Below, one piece after another: positions 27,021-40,370 of a stretch of DNA of 64,000 nucleotides. How positions within the stretch are numbered: position 1 is the stretch's first letter; each line of letters opens with the position of its first letter. The position numbers and the translations under genes were made by a program. The notes under the pieces are model-generated. The model made no database searches and was not told the origin of the DNA. It saw nothing but the letters and a program-made list of their open reading frames with translations. Source of the stretch: Lama glama (taxonomy: Eukaryota); the NCBI GenBank assembly GCA_028534125.1, contig CM052816.1:84198001-84262000 (forward strand), in the 5' to 3' direction.

Positions 27021-27061
27021 TGCATTTCCCTGATGATTAGTGAAAAATTAAAAATAGAATG
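27021..27061 (+). repeat. 41-bp dispersed copy of 25269-25309
   Basis: 40/41 identical by direct comparison. Confidence 0.95.
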
Positions 27062-27324
27062 TATATATACATATGCATCGTAAATGAAAAGTGTGCACCT
27101 TCAGGACACAAATAAGCCCACTAAATGGAGTGCTTGCTTCCTTCTTATTTGCGGCACCCTTCAAACACAGTGATGTGTTTTCCAGTGCTTGGAAGCATCA
27201 CGTAATACTTTTCTAAAACTTCATAGTGATAACTGGTCTCCAAATTTAGCTGGTTCCAGGATGCGCCAGTCAACTTCCATATGTTATGTGAGTAACTATT
27301 CTTGGCAAATCTCCTATGTAAGTC

Positions 27325-27610
27325 TAGCTACATAAATTGTGGTGCCCAGCATAAAATAAAAATCCTGGGGCTTTTTTTTTCCCAAAAAGTAAGAAAGCAT
27401 TTTAATCTCTCTTCACTTCTCTCTCTCTGTCTCGGTCCGACATAGTGTTCTATATGTGCTGTTTAATGTTGCACTCCAATGGACCTGACCCTCCCAAGGT
27501 GAGTGCAGACCCTAACAGGCTCTCAGGACCCCATGCCGTGACTTAGTGCGTGGGCACCATATGCCTAATCCTGAATTTCCCTGCTTGTGCCTAAGGCCCC
27601 TCAGGGGCAG
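27325..27610. mobile_element. MER45-like hAT-Tip100 remnant
   Basis: 'gctacataaattgtggtgcccagcataaaataaaaatcctggggc' resembles the MER45 terminus as recalled. Confidence 0.55.
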
Positions 27611-28064
27611 AAACATCCTATTTAATTGGGCCTTCCTTTCCCACCACTGCACAAAAGTCAAAAATTTTCCTATTTTCTTACTTGTGCTTTTTCCAGAAGT
27701 TTTCAAAGTGTTTTCCCATTCACATATCCAATGTGAGGTAACAGAAATGACATCTACCACTGCCATCCGCATGCTCCTTTGCTCCCCGCCGCCCCCGAAA
27801 GAAAGCCACGGGAGAAGCACCAGTCTGAAAGGACCCTGGACGTGAGCATTCACTCTGTTTTCAGTCAAGAACACAAGATGTGAGAGGTGTCGATTCTGAT
27901 TACTATATAGCAAATCCAGCGCAGCTGGTATTTACAGCATTTCTAACCAGATTAGCAAGCACGTTAGGCTGTGGTCCAGGGAAGGGCACAATTTCTCTGT
28001 CCTGTATTGACTAGTCTAACTGTGAATTTTACTCACTTGAAGAGGGGCAAAGCTACTATATTTG

Positions 28065-28704
28065 TGTTGCCAGTTACTAGGTTTTTTCCTGTCACAGAAA
28101 GAATTCAGAGATGGGATACAGAGGTTAAGAAAGCAAAGTGGGGATTTATTAAGGGATGGATAGTACATTCTTCAGGGGAGAGCGGGCAGGCTCAGGTGAG
28201 CAGCTGCTCTGAGTTTTTTGGCAAGTTGGTTACATAAAGTGTAAAAATGAATGGGCAGAATATTCACTGGAGAGGGAAGGGTCTGTGGTCGTATTCTGAT
28301 TTTTATCTGAACTCCACCTTCTTGAAGGGAGGAGGATTTTTGTCCTTATTTAGTCTGGATGGGAAGTGTCATGGCGTCAGTGCATGATGGGTACTTCTAA
28401 TCTGCAAGGCTAATTTTATTATAATGAGGGCATAATAAGCAAAAGGTTACATTCAGACACTGGAGACTCCTGCCTTTTCCCAGCTTTCTTTGTCAGCCTC
28501 CAGGCCACCTGTCACCCCAAAATGTGTGACTGCTTATCGGCCCAGGGCCTCCTGCTTTTCTTACTCTGCCCAGGGACTCTTGTTGTTTACGCAATGTATG
28601 GCTTCCTGCATTTGGCCCCACGCCCCTCCTTTCTGCCCAACTCCTGCCATTTGGCCTGCGTCCCCCTTTCTCTGCTCATATCTAGCTATCTCCCTGCTCT
28701 AACA
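28065..28704 (-). mobile_element. Solo LTR, ERV1-like (640 bp)
   Basis: TGTT...AACA inverted termini; minus-strand AATAAA at 28145-28150; GC-richer than flanks; no clean TSD. Confidence 0.8.
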
Positions 28705-28734
28705 CTTAGGTTATAACTTGGAGCAGGTGTCTCT

Positions 28735-29265
28735 GTGATGATGCCTAGTGATCCCATCCTTTACACTCCTTTTAATTCCTTCCTTTGGAGTGTGGGTTGG
28801 ACCTAATGACTTAATTCCAATTAACAGAACATGGACTATCACTAATGTGATTAAGTAATAGGAAACAGTGACTATTGTCTTGCTAGCAAACTCTATTGCC
28901 TTCTCTGCTGTCACACTTTGATGAAGTTTGATGGATTGGAGAGGCTTATATGGCAAAAAAAACTTGAGAGTAGCCTCCAGTTAACAACCAACCAAGAACC
29001 GAGGGATTCTGTCCCACAGCCTTGATGAATGAATTTTGTCAAAAGACACAAGCACTTGGAAGCAGATATTTCCCAAGTGGAGAACTCAGATGAACTCTCG
29101 TACCTAGCTGACCCTGTGACTGCAGTCCTGTAAGGGACTCCAAAGTACAGAATGCTGTGAAGCCATTGCCAGACTCCTGACCTACATACAGAAAGGGTGA
29201 CAGGAAAAACTAAGTTGTGTTTCAAGCACAAAATTTTTGGTAATTTGTTATGCAACAGGTATCTT
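28735..29265 (+). mobile_element. MLT1E/F-like MaLR LTR
   Basis: 'ggagtgtgggttggaccta', 'cagactcctgacctaca' and 'ttttggtaatttgttatgcaaca'. Confidence 0.8.
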
Positions 29266-31164
29266 AAATTTAACTAATATTTAATAAATGTTGGATACCA
29301 CATCCAATTATTTATCAGTCAGTACTTATCCAATAAACCCTTGAGAATGGTTCATATGAAGTAATCAGACTCCAGTCATTAAATCTGAGAATCCAAGATG
29401 CTAAAGATTCTTCAGGCATCTTCTGCTATTTTTGTTTACATCCAAATCATTTTACACTGCAATCCTTAGCTTCAGGTGATAATTCTTTACTCTCACACTG
29501 AGCCTCAACAGCCTTAAATTTTGCTATTAACTGTCTCACAGGATAACACTATGATTATGATATTTTCCAAGACTCAGAGAAGCACTGGGATGGGAATGCA
29601 AACCAGTTCTTATTTTCAATACTAATCTTAAAGTAACGTGATTAAGGCCCTCCTCCTCCCTGTTTGTTGGTTTCTCTTTTGCCAATGTTTTCTACAAAAG
29701 CAATGGAATAGCATCATTTGTCATTTCCCTTTCACTTTGGCTTTCTTTTTCTACTAATTTAGCCATTTACAAAAGGATCATATGAATAATTTGTGTCACA
29801 TGCCACACATTTTTCATTAGTTCAAAATGTAGATGAGTTGGCAACCATCTCAGCATAAAGATATTGTAAGTACCTCCCTCCTCACAGAATTTAAATCCAA
29901 TAAACTTTTTGTCATATTTATGGGGGAAGTGTCTTTGCATCACTATCACTACTGTTACCAATCTGTGTGCTATATAGTCACTAACTACACAGGCACTTAG
30001 TTCTATGTTCAGAATTCATATAAGTATCCAAAAGACATCTAAGTTGATAGTTTACATAGCAGGTATCAGAACTGTCACAATGTTTCATGTGCAGCTTCCA
30101 GGCTACTCAGCAACATGATGAACATTTGACAGAGATGAGCTGAAGAAGATGAAAACAATTTCAACTGGTAGAAATTAAGCCCTCAAATCACCATGCACCT
30201 CTTTTATTGTGCATGTTATACAGTCTCTCTGAGTGCACACCTAGGTATACGATTCCTTGTGCAGTTTCACATCACCAATTAGAAAGCTCAGAATAATCAA
30301 TTCCAGTAACCAAGTACAATCTTAATGCTCCATCTTTATGTTTATATGTGTATATATTGCAGACCAGTGTTACAAGAAGGCTGATCAATGGAGACAAGAT
30401 AATATCAAATCTACTGTACCATTCTGAGAGGGAATAGGGAACAAGAAAAGAGACAACTAAAATTTAACACAGTCGTGATCACGAAAAGCAAATAAATAAG
30501 TAAACAAAGTGGTCTACCATCTGCAAATATTTCTTCAAATGAAAATGTCTCTAGTAGGTAGGAATAGGAACTAATACAAATAACAACACGTTATGTCAAG
30601 AAAGAGCAATATATATTTATTACCTATCTACCACTAGCCTATCATGTTGCTAAATTAAGTGGGAAAACACAAAAGTATAAAACTTAAAAATTACTTTTTC
30701 AATACGGATAAGATTATAAAGTTTATATTTATGTTTACTCTTCTTTGTAGGACACGGGCTGTTTATATCAAAGTACTTTAGAAGAAGTGAGAAATATAGC
30801 CATGCCGTAAAAGCACTGGCACAATTGAAATCTTTCAAATATAGCACATAAAATATAACAAACAGAACAAACAATAAAATGATAGTGACATATTTTAAGC
30901 TAATGGCTTCTCCAGATAACACTTCAACTTCAGAAAAGGGAGCAAGAGATAGCTAAAATCCCACTGGTGTTTTCTTTGGATTTAGCCAACTTGGTCACTA
31001 TGATAAGGGTTGAGTTTTGGATAAGGGGATAACAGGATTACTTTTCCTAATGTGTTTTGCTAGCTCTGTTTTAGCCCTAGGCTTATGTAGGTGTTAATTA
31101 CAAACAGTCCTGTTCAAGAAGAACCCGTTTATTTTGGGGGTTTTTTGTTGTTGCTATTTTTGCC

Positions 31165-31493
31165 CTAAACAACAAATATTTATTTCTTACAGCTTTGGAG
31201 GGTGGGAAGTCCAATATCAAGCAGCTGCCTGACTCAGTTACTGGAAAGAGCTCCGCTCCAGACTAGTGGAAGGCTGCCTTCTCATGGTGTCCTCGCATGG
31301 TAGAGACAGAGCTTGAGAGCAAGCTGTCTGGTGTCTCGATTTACAAGGGCACCAATCTTGTCATGAGGGTCCCATCCTCATGACCTCATCTCATCCTGAT
31401 TACCTCCCCAAAGCCCCATCTCTCAGTGCCAAGCATTTGGGGTTTGGACTTCAATGTATTAACTTAGGGGGAGACACTATTCAGTCCAAAGCA
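31165..31493 (-). mobile_element. MLT1A0-like LTR (partial)
   Basis: 'atttatttcttacag...gggaagtccaatatcaag' and 'catgacctcatct...tacctcccca'. Confidence 0.85.
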
Positions 31494-31779
31494 GTATTTT
31501 AAAAACTGCAAAGTTACTGAGGTTACTAAGCTTCAAGGGAGTCTAGGAAATACAGTGATTTTTCTCTGGATTTTTTTTCAACCTTTGGAATAAGAAAGAT
31601 ACATTACGAGGGGATTAGGTGATGGGTGGGCATTACCTGAAGATGGCATTAGAGACCACATAGAAACTGATCTCCCCATCCATACACATCAACAATCACC
31701 ATTACCAAAAAGAACCCCTACTGATTCTGTTTTGTGGTTCTTGTAGGCTTTTAATCAATATCTATTAACAACCAAAAAT

Positions 31780-32570
31780 AAAAAAAAAAGAAATTGAGAT
31801 TATCCTCAACATATAGCTCCATGATTTTTTTCCCATTTGATACATTGTTGAATCTTTTCTTATCTTCATAAACATTCACATCACCAATTTTAACAGCCAC
31901 CTGACATTTTGCAGTCTGACTAAGCCATAATTTATTTAACCAAATGCCTACTGTTGGGATTTTTAAGACTATATGTAGGCTGTTCTCAATTTTTCCCTAT
32001 TAGAAATACAATTACGGAGAAAATTTCAGAAGTTAAATCTAACAATAAATGACTAACAGCAAAATTGCTCAAAAAGCTTTGAAGACTTTGGATAAAACTA
32101 AATTGCCTTCCGGAAAAATTACATCAAGTTATAACATCAAGTTATACCTCTGAGCAATGTTAGACAGTGCTTGTGTCCCCTATGTCTTCAACAACATTTT
32201 ATAGTATCACTATTATCACAATTTTTTTTCAAATTTGATAGTGAAAAATCTCATCTTATCATAGTTCTTTCTTTTTAATTGAGATATAATTGATGTATAA
32301 TGTTGTGTAAATTTAAGGTGTACAATGTGTTGATTTGATACATTTATATACTTTAACATGATTATTATCTTACTGTTAGCTAACACTTCCTTCATGTCAC
32401 AAAATTTTATTTATTTGTATGTTTGTGTGTGCTAAGAATATTTAAGATCTAGTCTCTTGGCACCTTTTAAGTATATAATGCAGTATTGGTAACTATAATC
32501 ACAGTGCTGTGCATTAGACCTCCACAATTTATTCATCTTCTGATTGAAAGATGGTTTGACCAACATCTGA
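31780..32570 (-). mobile_element. L1 fragments (older L1ME about 31780-32260; L1MA-like 3' end about 32270-32570)
   Basis: 'tttaattgagatataattga...tttaaggtgtacaatgtg' antisense L1 3' end. Confidence 0.75.
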
Positions 32571-32799
32571 ATTGGGAGCCTCTGTTTCTGAAAAGTCAAA
32601 ACTAGAAAGGATCACAGCATGAAGGTGATACAAAGTTGATAACCAGTCCATTTAAAGATCTAGACCTTTGACCAAAATAATAAATAATATTTGCAAACGT
32701 CACATGGGGATTACCGGCTCATGGCTCGGGGTGGGTGGAATAGGGAGACTATTTACACAAACATGAGTTTACATATTTTAAATGATATTAAGTTGTTAA

Positions 32800-33015
32800 A
32801 ACATTATGAGGTAACATATATTGCACAGTTAACACATTCTAAGTAATTTACATGTATTCAATTAATCATTGCAACAACTCCATAAAGCATGTAGGTAAAT
32901 CAGTATCTTAATTTCCTGAGAGAACCAAAGTACAGAGGTTAAGTAACAGGAACAAACTCACCTAGCTAAGATTTGAACATCGTCAATCCAACCCCTAAGC
33001 TCAAGCTCTTGACTT
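32800..33015 (-). mobile_element. MIR remnant
   Basis: 'acagaggttaagtaac...gatttgaac' MIR core. Confidence 0.6.
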
Positions 33016-33659
33016 GGCAGTAGGTGAGGCAGTGATCACTGACTGAGAACTAGGTATTAGAGACAATGATAGTACTTTTATAACTAGTGAACTATTAACA
33101 AACTACTGAATTTTTATGATTGGCTTCAGACCATATTAAACAGACACTCTTTCCCACTCACATTCAAACATACTATATACATACCTAGAGAATACTTTTA
33201 TGAAGAATTGGAAGATACATTGTTTTAGTTGATTAAGAAAATATTATTTTTAAAAGAGCATTAAAAAAAGAACTACTAGTTACTTGACAAAATGGAGGAG
33301 TAGGTAGGAGTGAGATTAAGAATAAGAAATGCACTCTGCCAATGTGAGTGTTCACAGACAGCAATAAGCTTCTTATCTGTGTAAATCCCGAAAATCTTTG
33401 CTATTGTGGTGTGATTTATCTTTATGAGAACATTTTCTACATTTTATAATACTTAGATTTTTAATGATTTTTCTTCTTACAATCTGTTTCTAAGCAAAGG
33501 GCTGCATTTTTTTAAAAGTAAGTTTTCCATGAAAAAGAAATTGTAAAATTTACATCTAATTTTTCATATAGTTTTACAAAAATATTTTCATAGTTACATG
33601 CATTTATTACAGATACAATAGGGGCCAATTAATGTCAAAGCTGTTGAAATGCAAATTGG

Positions 33660-33895
33660 TTGTTGTTTTGTTTTGTTTTAACACTTTTATTGTGGTATGG
33701 TTCCAGTACAGTAAACTACACATATTTCAGATGTACAATTTGATAAATTTTGATAGATGTGTACACCAGGGATAAAGAGGGTGGGAAGGGATAAATTGGG
33801 AATTTGAAAATTGCACATTGCACTTTTTGGGGAGTGATAGAAATGTTAGCTCTCTTGATTATGGTAGTGATTTCATTGGCATATAAATTGGTTGT
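33660..33895 (-). mobile_element. Short L1M 3' end with inverted 5' part
   Basis: 33660-33767 is an antisense L1 terminus with a (GTTTT)n tail; about 33768-33895 is the preceding L1 segment in the opposite orientation. Confidence 0.6.
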
Positions 33896-35274
33896 ATTTT
33901 TAATAATGAAATAGTAGTGAAAACAATGTTATGTATACTCTCCTTTCCCCACAGGTTACCATTTTAACTGGGACTCTTATCAGATATTGATTTATCGCTT
34001 TACCCATTCTTGTAGCTAATGGGGAACAAATTACTTATTACTCATGAAAGACACTAACTACCTAGTGTTGCAGAAAAAGAGAATATTACAATTTACATTT
34101 AAATGAGATTTGAAATGTTAATGAACAGATCTAGTATTCTAATTATCTCTACAAATACTTTAAATTAAGGTGAACTTTTGTAGATGGATCATTCCTTGAG
34201 TCTTACTCTACAGTGCCCTGCAGGGTTCCTTGATAGCATATAAAGTGTATAAAACACACATTAGATACATGTATTGTTGTCATGTAAAATTATACAGTCA
34301 AATAGCTGTGATTATTACTAATAAACATATAATTTTAGTATAATAAATAAGCATAATCACAAGAAATATTTTTAAATTGTAAAATTATGACAGTATTTTT
34401 GAATTAAAGTTTTATTCTTTTACCTTCTTCTGGTTAAAAAAATAGAGATATCACTGGCTGGAAATATAAATGGTTTATAAAAAATTTCCATACAACACAG
34501 ACTGCCTTTTACCTCAGCACAGTACTTTCTGCAATGTCTACATTCCTTTGTAAGCAGCAAATAACAAAAACGTGTAAAATGAGATCATATGTGAGTTGTC
34601 ATTAGTTCACTATGCTTTGAGTTACCAACAAACATGAGTTCAAAATGAAACCTTCCATCCAACTAAATGCAGTGACTCAGGGCAAACATAAAATACAAAT
34701 GCATCATTTTTTCCCCCTGTTTAAATACTTGCACCATCTTAGAAGAGGGGACTGTGCTCTCCTCCCAAATCTATGCAGTTTTCTTGATATATGTATCTGA
34801 TGAAGCATCCCAAATATAAGAGCATCTCCAGGATACAAGAACCTATGCTGTGACTCATAAAGGCCAGAAGTATTGAAGAGAGGTTAATAAAACATTTTGA
34901 AAGAAACCAGACAGGACAAATAGGCCTAAAGGAATCTACAGTGTATGTAGGAAACATCAGTAACAAAGGGTAGCAGAAATAAAAGCTTAATACATCATGC
35001 TACCCAAGTTATTATCCACTTTAAATGAGACTGAAAAACTCGCAGTGGATTGCAGACAATGACTACAGTGCTCGCACTGCACAGTAAGACTTCACGGTGT
35101 TTGTTCTTGTTAGTAGGCATGTGAGTAGCTCTTCTTCATCGACGGAGAAAACAGGCACAACGAACACTGGATCTGTGTTTTAAATCAGAGCAAAGAAGGA
35201 ACAAGAAAGGGAATCGCAGTCATCAATCCTCTCTGATGCTACGGGACTTCATCCAAAGCATGATAATGTCCTTT

Positions 35275-37297
35275 TGTATTAGTTTGCTCAGGCTTCTATA
35301 ACAAAATGCCACAGACTGGGTGGCTCAAACAAGAGACGTTACTTCTCATAGACTGGAGGTTGGGAAGTCTGAGATTAGGTTGCATAAGGCTGCCTTCTTG
35401 CTGTGTCCTCACATGGCTGAGAGAGAGGGAGGAAGGGAGGGAGAGGGAGAAAAAGAGAGAGAAAACAAGCTCTGGTCTCTTGTTACAAGGGTGATAACCC
35501 CATCATCATTAGGCCTCATCTAACCCTAATTACCTCCGCAATACCATTCCATTGGTGATTAGAGCTTCAACATGTAAATTTTAAAGGGATTCAGTTCAGT
35601 GCATAGTATTTCACCCATGACCACCCCAAATTCTTGTTCTTCTCAAATGCAAAGTACATACATTCCATTTGAACAGCCCCATAGCCTTAACTCAATGCAT
35701 CGTCAAGTTGAAGGTCTAAAGCTCAAAGTCCCATGTAAATATCATCTAAATCAGGTATGGGTAAGACTCAAGGTTCATGTCATCTTGAGGCTAAATTCTT
35801 CTCCCACTGCAAACTTGTGAAACCAGAAAAGAAATGTGCTTCCAACATGCAATGATGGCACAGGCATAGGACAGACATTCCCATTTCAAAAGGGAAAGTA
35901 GGAAAGAAGGAAGAGGTGATAGGTTCCAAATGTACTCAACACCTAGCAAAGAAAATCCCATTAGGTCTTCAGGCATGAGAATAACCCTTCCTGGGTTCTA
36001 TGATCGTCCCTCTAAGCCCAGTGAGGTGACGACTGACCCACAGAAACCAGAGAGGAAGCCTCACCCTTTGCAACTGAGAACTAGTCATGTCCCTGGCCTG
36101 TGGTGGAAGGGGCAGCCCTGATGATCTTTGAATTGTCTTTCCCATCATTCTTCCTTTTCTTGAGAAAGAGTGTCTGTTCACAGTAAGACTAGCTCTGTGT
36201 CCTGCCTTGTAGAATCTAAGAAGTCTGACAGCTTTCCATCTCTCTGTCCCATTAGATCTGTCCTTTGTAGTTCAAACTGGCAGTGCTGTTGCTGGTATAA
36301 CCCCATTTCTATTCCAAGCCTCTGCTAAAGTTTCTGAGTGACATCTGTGTCTCTTTATGAAGTGAATGCTCAGGCATACCCTTAGTTTCTCTTCAGGACA
36401 AGCTTTCTTACATTTCGTAATATGAATAGGCTGGTTCTCTTGGCTTCCATTTTTAATCTGTCCTGTCACATTTTATTGTGAGCACTCAGAAGAAATCAAG
36501 CTGCTCCTTCAGCATTTGGTTAGAAATCTCTTCAGCTAATTATCCAATTTCATCACTCGCCAGTTTTACCCGACATAGAAACAAGAACAGAGTGCAACCA
36601 AGTTCCTTGTCACCAACACCAGAATCACCTTTCCTCCAGTTTCCAATAACATATTCTTCATTTTCATCTGAAACTTCACCAGAATGGCCTATCCATCCAT
36701 ATTTCTACCATCTTCTGCTTATGGTTATCTTTGTATAGTCTAAGAAGATGGAAGCTTTCTCTGAGCCTTCATCAGAACCAACTTTAACGATCCCTACAGG
36801 GCAAATGCAGCTTTTTCTGGCACGCTCTTCCAGCCTCTACCCATCACCTGGTTCCCAAGCCAGTCCCACATTTTCAGTTATCTGTTACAGCAGCACCCGA
36901 CTCGTGGCACCAATTCCTGTCTTAGCTCAAGCTACTATAGGAAAATACTGCATATTGGTGGCTTACACAACACATATTTATTTCTCACAGTTCTGAAAGC
37001 TGAAAGTCTGAGACTGGGGCACCAGCATGGTTAGGTTCTTGAGCAGGGCCCTCTTCCTGGCTTGCAGATGGCCATCTTCTTACTGTGTCTTCATGTGACA
37101 GACAGAAAGAGACAGAGAAAGAGCAAGATCTCTGGTCTTTACTTATACAGCAGAAATCTCATCATGAAGACTTCACCCTCATGACTTCATCTAAACCTAA
37201 TCACCTCCCAAAGGCCCCACCTCCAAATACTATCTTATTGGGGGTTAGGGCATCAGCACATGAATTTGGGGAGCATACAACATTCAAGCCCATAATG
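35275..37297 (-). mobile_element. Two-LTR MaLR provirus (MLT1A-like): 5' LTR 36918-37297, internal region, 3' LTR 35275-35608
   Basis: Two homologous MLT1A-type LTRs in the same orientation; the internal region starts (minus strand) 'ggaattggtgccacgagtcgggtgctgctgtaaca', as in MLT1-int. Confidence 0.88.
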
Positions 37298-38989
37298 TCT
37301 TCCTTCCATCTTTTTTTCCATAATTCAAAAGTCACACATCTTAACCACATTCACCTCGACCAAGGAAATTCAGGTCTTTCATCTAGGTTTTATGCTATAC
37401 TTCGTAGCTCTTCTCTATTTACGAAGAAGTCAAGACATTTAAGACTGGTAGAAAGTTTTCCTTGGGTAATAAAAGACTGAATAGGAATACACGTTCTGTG
37501 TTAGCTCTGTGTTTAGCATCAGACTGTTGCAAAGAAAAATCGTAATTCAGAGATGTTAGGAACACAAACACAGTATTCCTAAACACTTTACACAGTGTTT
37601 ACAAATGAAAGAAAAGCAAGAAAAAAAATCTACAAAAACCCAAATGAATTTAACTTTCTAATCAAAAAACTAAAAATTATTGCTCAATTTACTGTTCTAT
37701 TTTAATTATGATATAAATAAAAATCTCACATTTACTCATTTAGTTAATGTTATAGCTGGTATTTTAAGCTAATTTGTATTTTAATTGGGAAATATGCCAA
37801 TTAAAAAAGAAATTCAAGATGGTCCCAAAACATTTGAAAAGCTAACAAAATTTATAGGGATTATAATTTAAAAGCATAAGGAAAATTTTACTGTCTATGC
37901 CACTAAGAAAATGTAGCATAAATACTTGGGCTTATTTGAGCCTTTCCTCATTTCTAGAAATTTAATCTGCTCTAGTCAGAGAGTGGAAGTGGGGACCTCC
38001 CAGTGAAAACAATTCAATTCTGATCTTGGACAAAGCTGATTGCTTTTGAACACTTGACCCCAATTAAGCCAATGACAATCCATTTCCCACTCCTTGTGCA
38101 CTTGGACACAGTGTTTTATTGAGAGGTGATGCATGTTCAAAAGAGTCAATGGGCCTGAATAAGGATTTGTCCCAGAGAAATTAACCAACAAGCTAAGTTG
38201 ATTTTTTTCTCCCTCACCAAGTGGCTTTAAGAATCAGAGAATGACAAACCATAAAAAGAGTAAGACAAATCAGATGCATCATTAAGAAGAGAGACTAGAG
38301 AGGGATAAGAAGTCATTATGGTCATCAGTCTCTTAGTTCCATTTTCTCCTGGGTCCCAGTTAGATTATAATGTCTGAATTTTGCATGAGACTAGAGTTAT
38401 AACAAATCCCTCCTCACATGGCCCAGTGAGTCTGTCACAGAGTCATATGATTAGAAATCAAGACTCAACAGAGCATACCCATTATGGGGCTTTCCTACAG
38501 GCGGACGACGTGGGCAGGCAGAAGGAACAAGGCCAGATGAGCAACGGGGACTCAGAGACTCCAGGCGCTGCTCCCCAGGATGCACTTATCCAGATTGCAA
38601 CCATCAAGGCATGTGCAAGAAATATCAGGTTCAGAGGAGTTTAAGCAAAAGGAGAAATGTGTTTTTAATGTCTCAGTGGTTATAAGCCAAGACAGGCTGT
38701 ATAACCCTTTAAAGCAGACATAAGCCATCCATCCACACATACCTAAATAATATAACATAACCGATTCAGGGTGTTGCCAGGGGAATTTAAAACTTTAATA
38801 GCATGTTGTAAATAATGATCTAGCCCATATCATTCTTATTTGGCTTAAAGAAACGACCAGACTTTCAAGCATGCCTGGAGGTGAGCACAAAGCTGTAAGA
38901 TAACTCCTTCTGATACACAATAGAACACAAATGGCAGGATAAAATGTGTGGGGTATGTATGGATTTGTTTATTATTATCTGGTTTCCCA

Positions 38990-40370
38990 AACATTTCAAA
39001 GTATAGTACAAAAATACTTTGATGTAGTGAATTATTTAAATACACACAATCAGGTATACGGGTTAACATTTCTTATACCACTCTGCATGTGTACTAGAAT
39101 GGAACAATTAAGTAAATGCCTGCCAAGTGGTGGGAGTTCGGTTTCTCATTACTGGAGGGAGAAGGCACGGAAGAGCAAGGGAAGAAGGCTGGAATAACAC
39201 AGGTGGTCATGAATTAGTGTTCGAGATAACAGTGTGAACACACAGTGCAATGCAGATAGAGATAGTTATAGAGAAGTACTTAGAGATAAGTATATATAAA
39301 TATGGGGCTATACAGGGTTAGTACAGACACATGCATTCCCTTGTCTGTTAATCGAATGGGCCTCGAAGCAGGGACACACAGGGAGCAACGAGTACATTTA
39401 GCACCCATATCTTGGTTTCTAATACCTTTCTCCGGTATTAAAGGAAACTAGTACTCCTTGGAGAAATGGTTGATTCTAGAGTTGGGGCAGAGGATACGCA
39501 AAATAAGCCTGGAGTATCTCGTAGCCCTGTACATTAAGGAACAGCTCAACCACACACACACACACACACACACACACACCAATGGAGTTATGTCAAAGGA
39601 TCCAACTCAATAAGCTTCCAAAGGCCAAAGTTGGAAAAATTTGAGCAGCAAAATACATAAAAGTGTATTAGACAAAAACCAAAAGAGTAGAATAGTCACA
39701 TGTCATATTGACATAAATAAATGATTAAATTAATGAAAAATGTGAGAAACCAGACAATCTCTTGTGCGTAAGAATTCCAAATAATTTGCATAGAGACTTT
39801 GTTTGCAAAGAGGTGGAGAATAACTCTCTACTCCTTAAGCATAAGTTACGTATAATGATTTCTTTCTAAAAGGTGTAGTATGGAAAAGGGGAAAAAGGTA
39901 CTTCCCAATGTAGAAATCTGACAAATATTACCTCAGGGGGGTCATCGAGATTAACAAAACTGGTGTCACGTTGATGGCATGTACCCTTGACATGGTGTGA
40001 TAAGAAAGACATTTTATTTCTGTGATCTTCTTTCAAAAACACATAGATCGTGGCTATTATTAAGGAAAAAAAAGACATCAGGACATCCCAGTTGTGGGGC
40101 CTTTTACAAAAAACCTGACCAGTATTCCTTAAAATAGTCAAGGTCATTAAACCAAACAAAACAAAATCCTGAAAAACCATCACAGCCACAGAGAATTAAG
40201 CAGACATGGTGACTGAATGCAATACCATATCCTAGATAAGATCAGAGGACTAAAAAAGACATTAAGTAAAACTTAAGGAAATACAAATAAAGTGTGAATG
40301 GAATTTAGTTAATAACAATCTATCAATACTTTAATTAATCATGACAAATATATCATACAGCATAATAACA
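38990..40370 (+). mobile_element. L1MC/L1MD-type long 3'UTR, containing (CA)n at about 39551-39578
   Basis: 'ccttggagaaatggttgattctag...ataagcctggag' and 'gactgaatgcaata...atcctagat' motifs. Confidence 0.8.

Noticed and set aside
32120..32146. 13-bp tandem duplication ACATCAAGTTATA
   Set aside because: Ordinary slippage duplication inside an old L1.
35306..37480. Cluster of ORFs suggesting a gene-dense segment
   Set aside because: Almost entirely within the decayed MaLR provirus; no continuous frame.
38380..38780. GC/CpG-richer block, possibly an LTR or regulatory element
   Set aside because: No clear termini, TSD or family match by eye.
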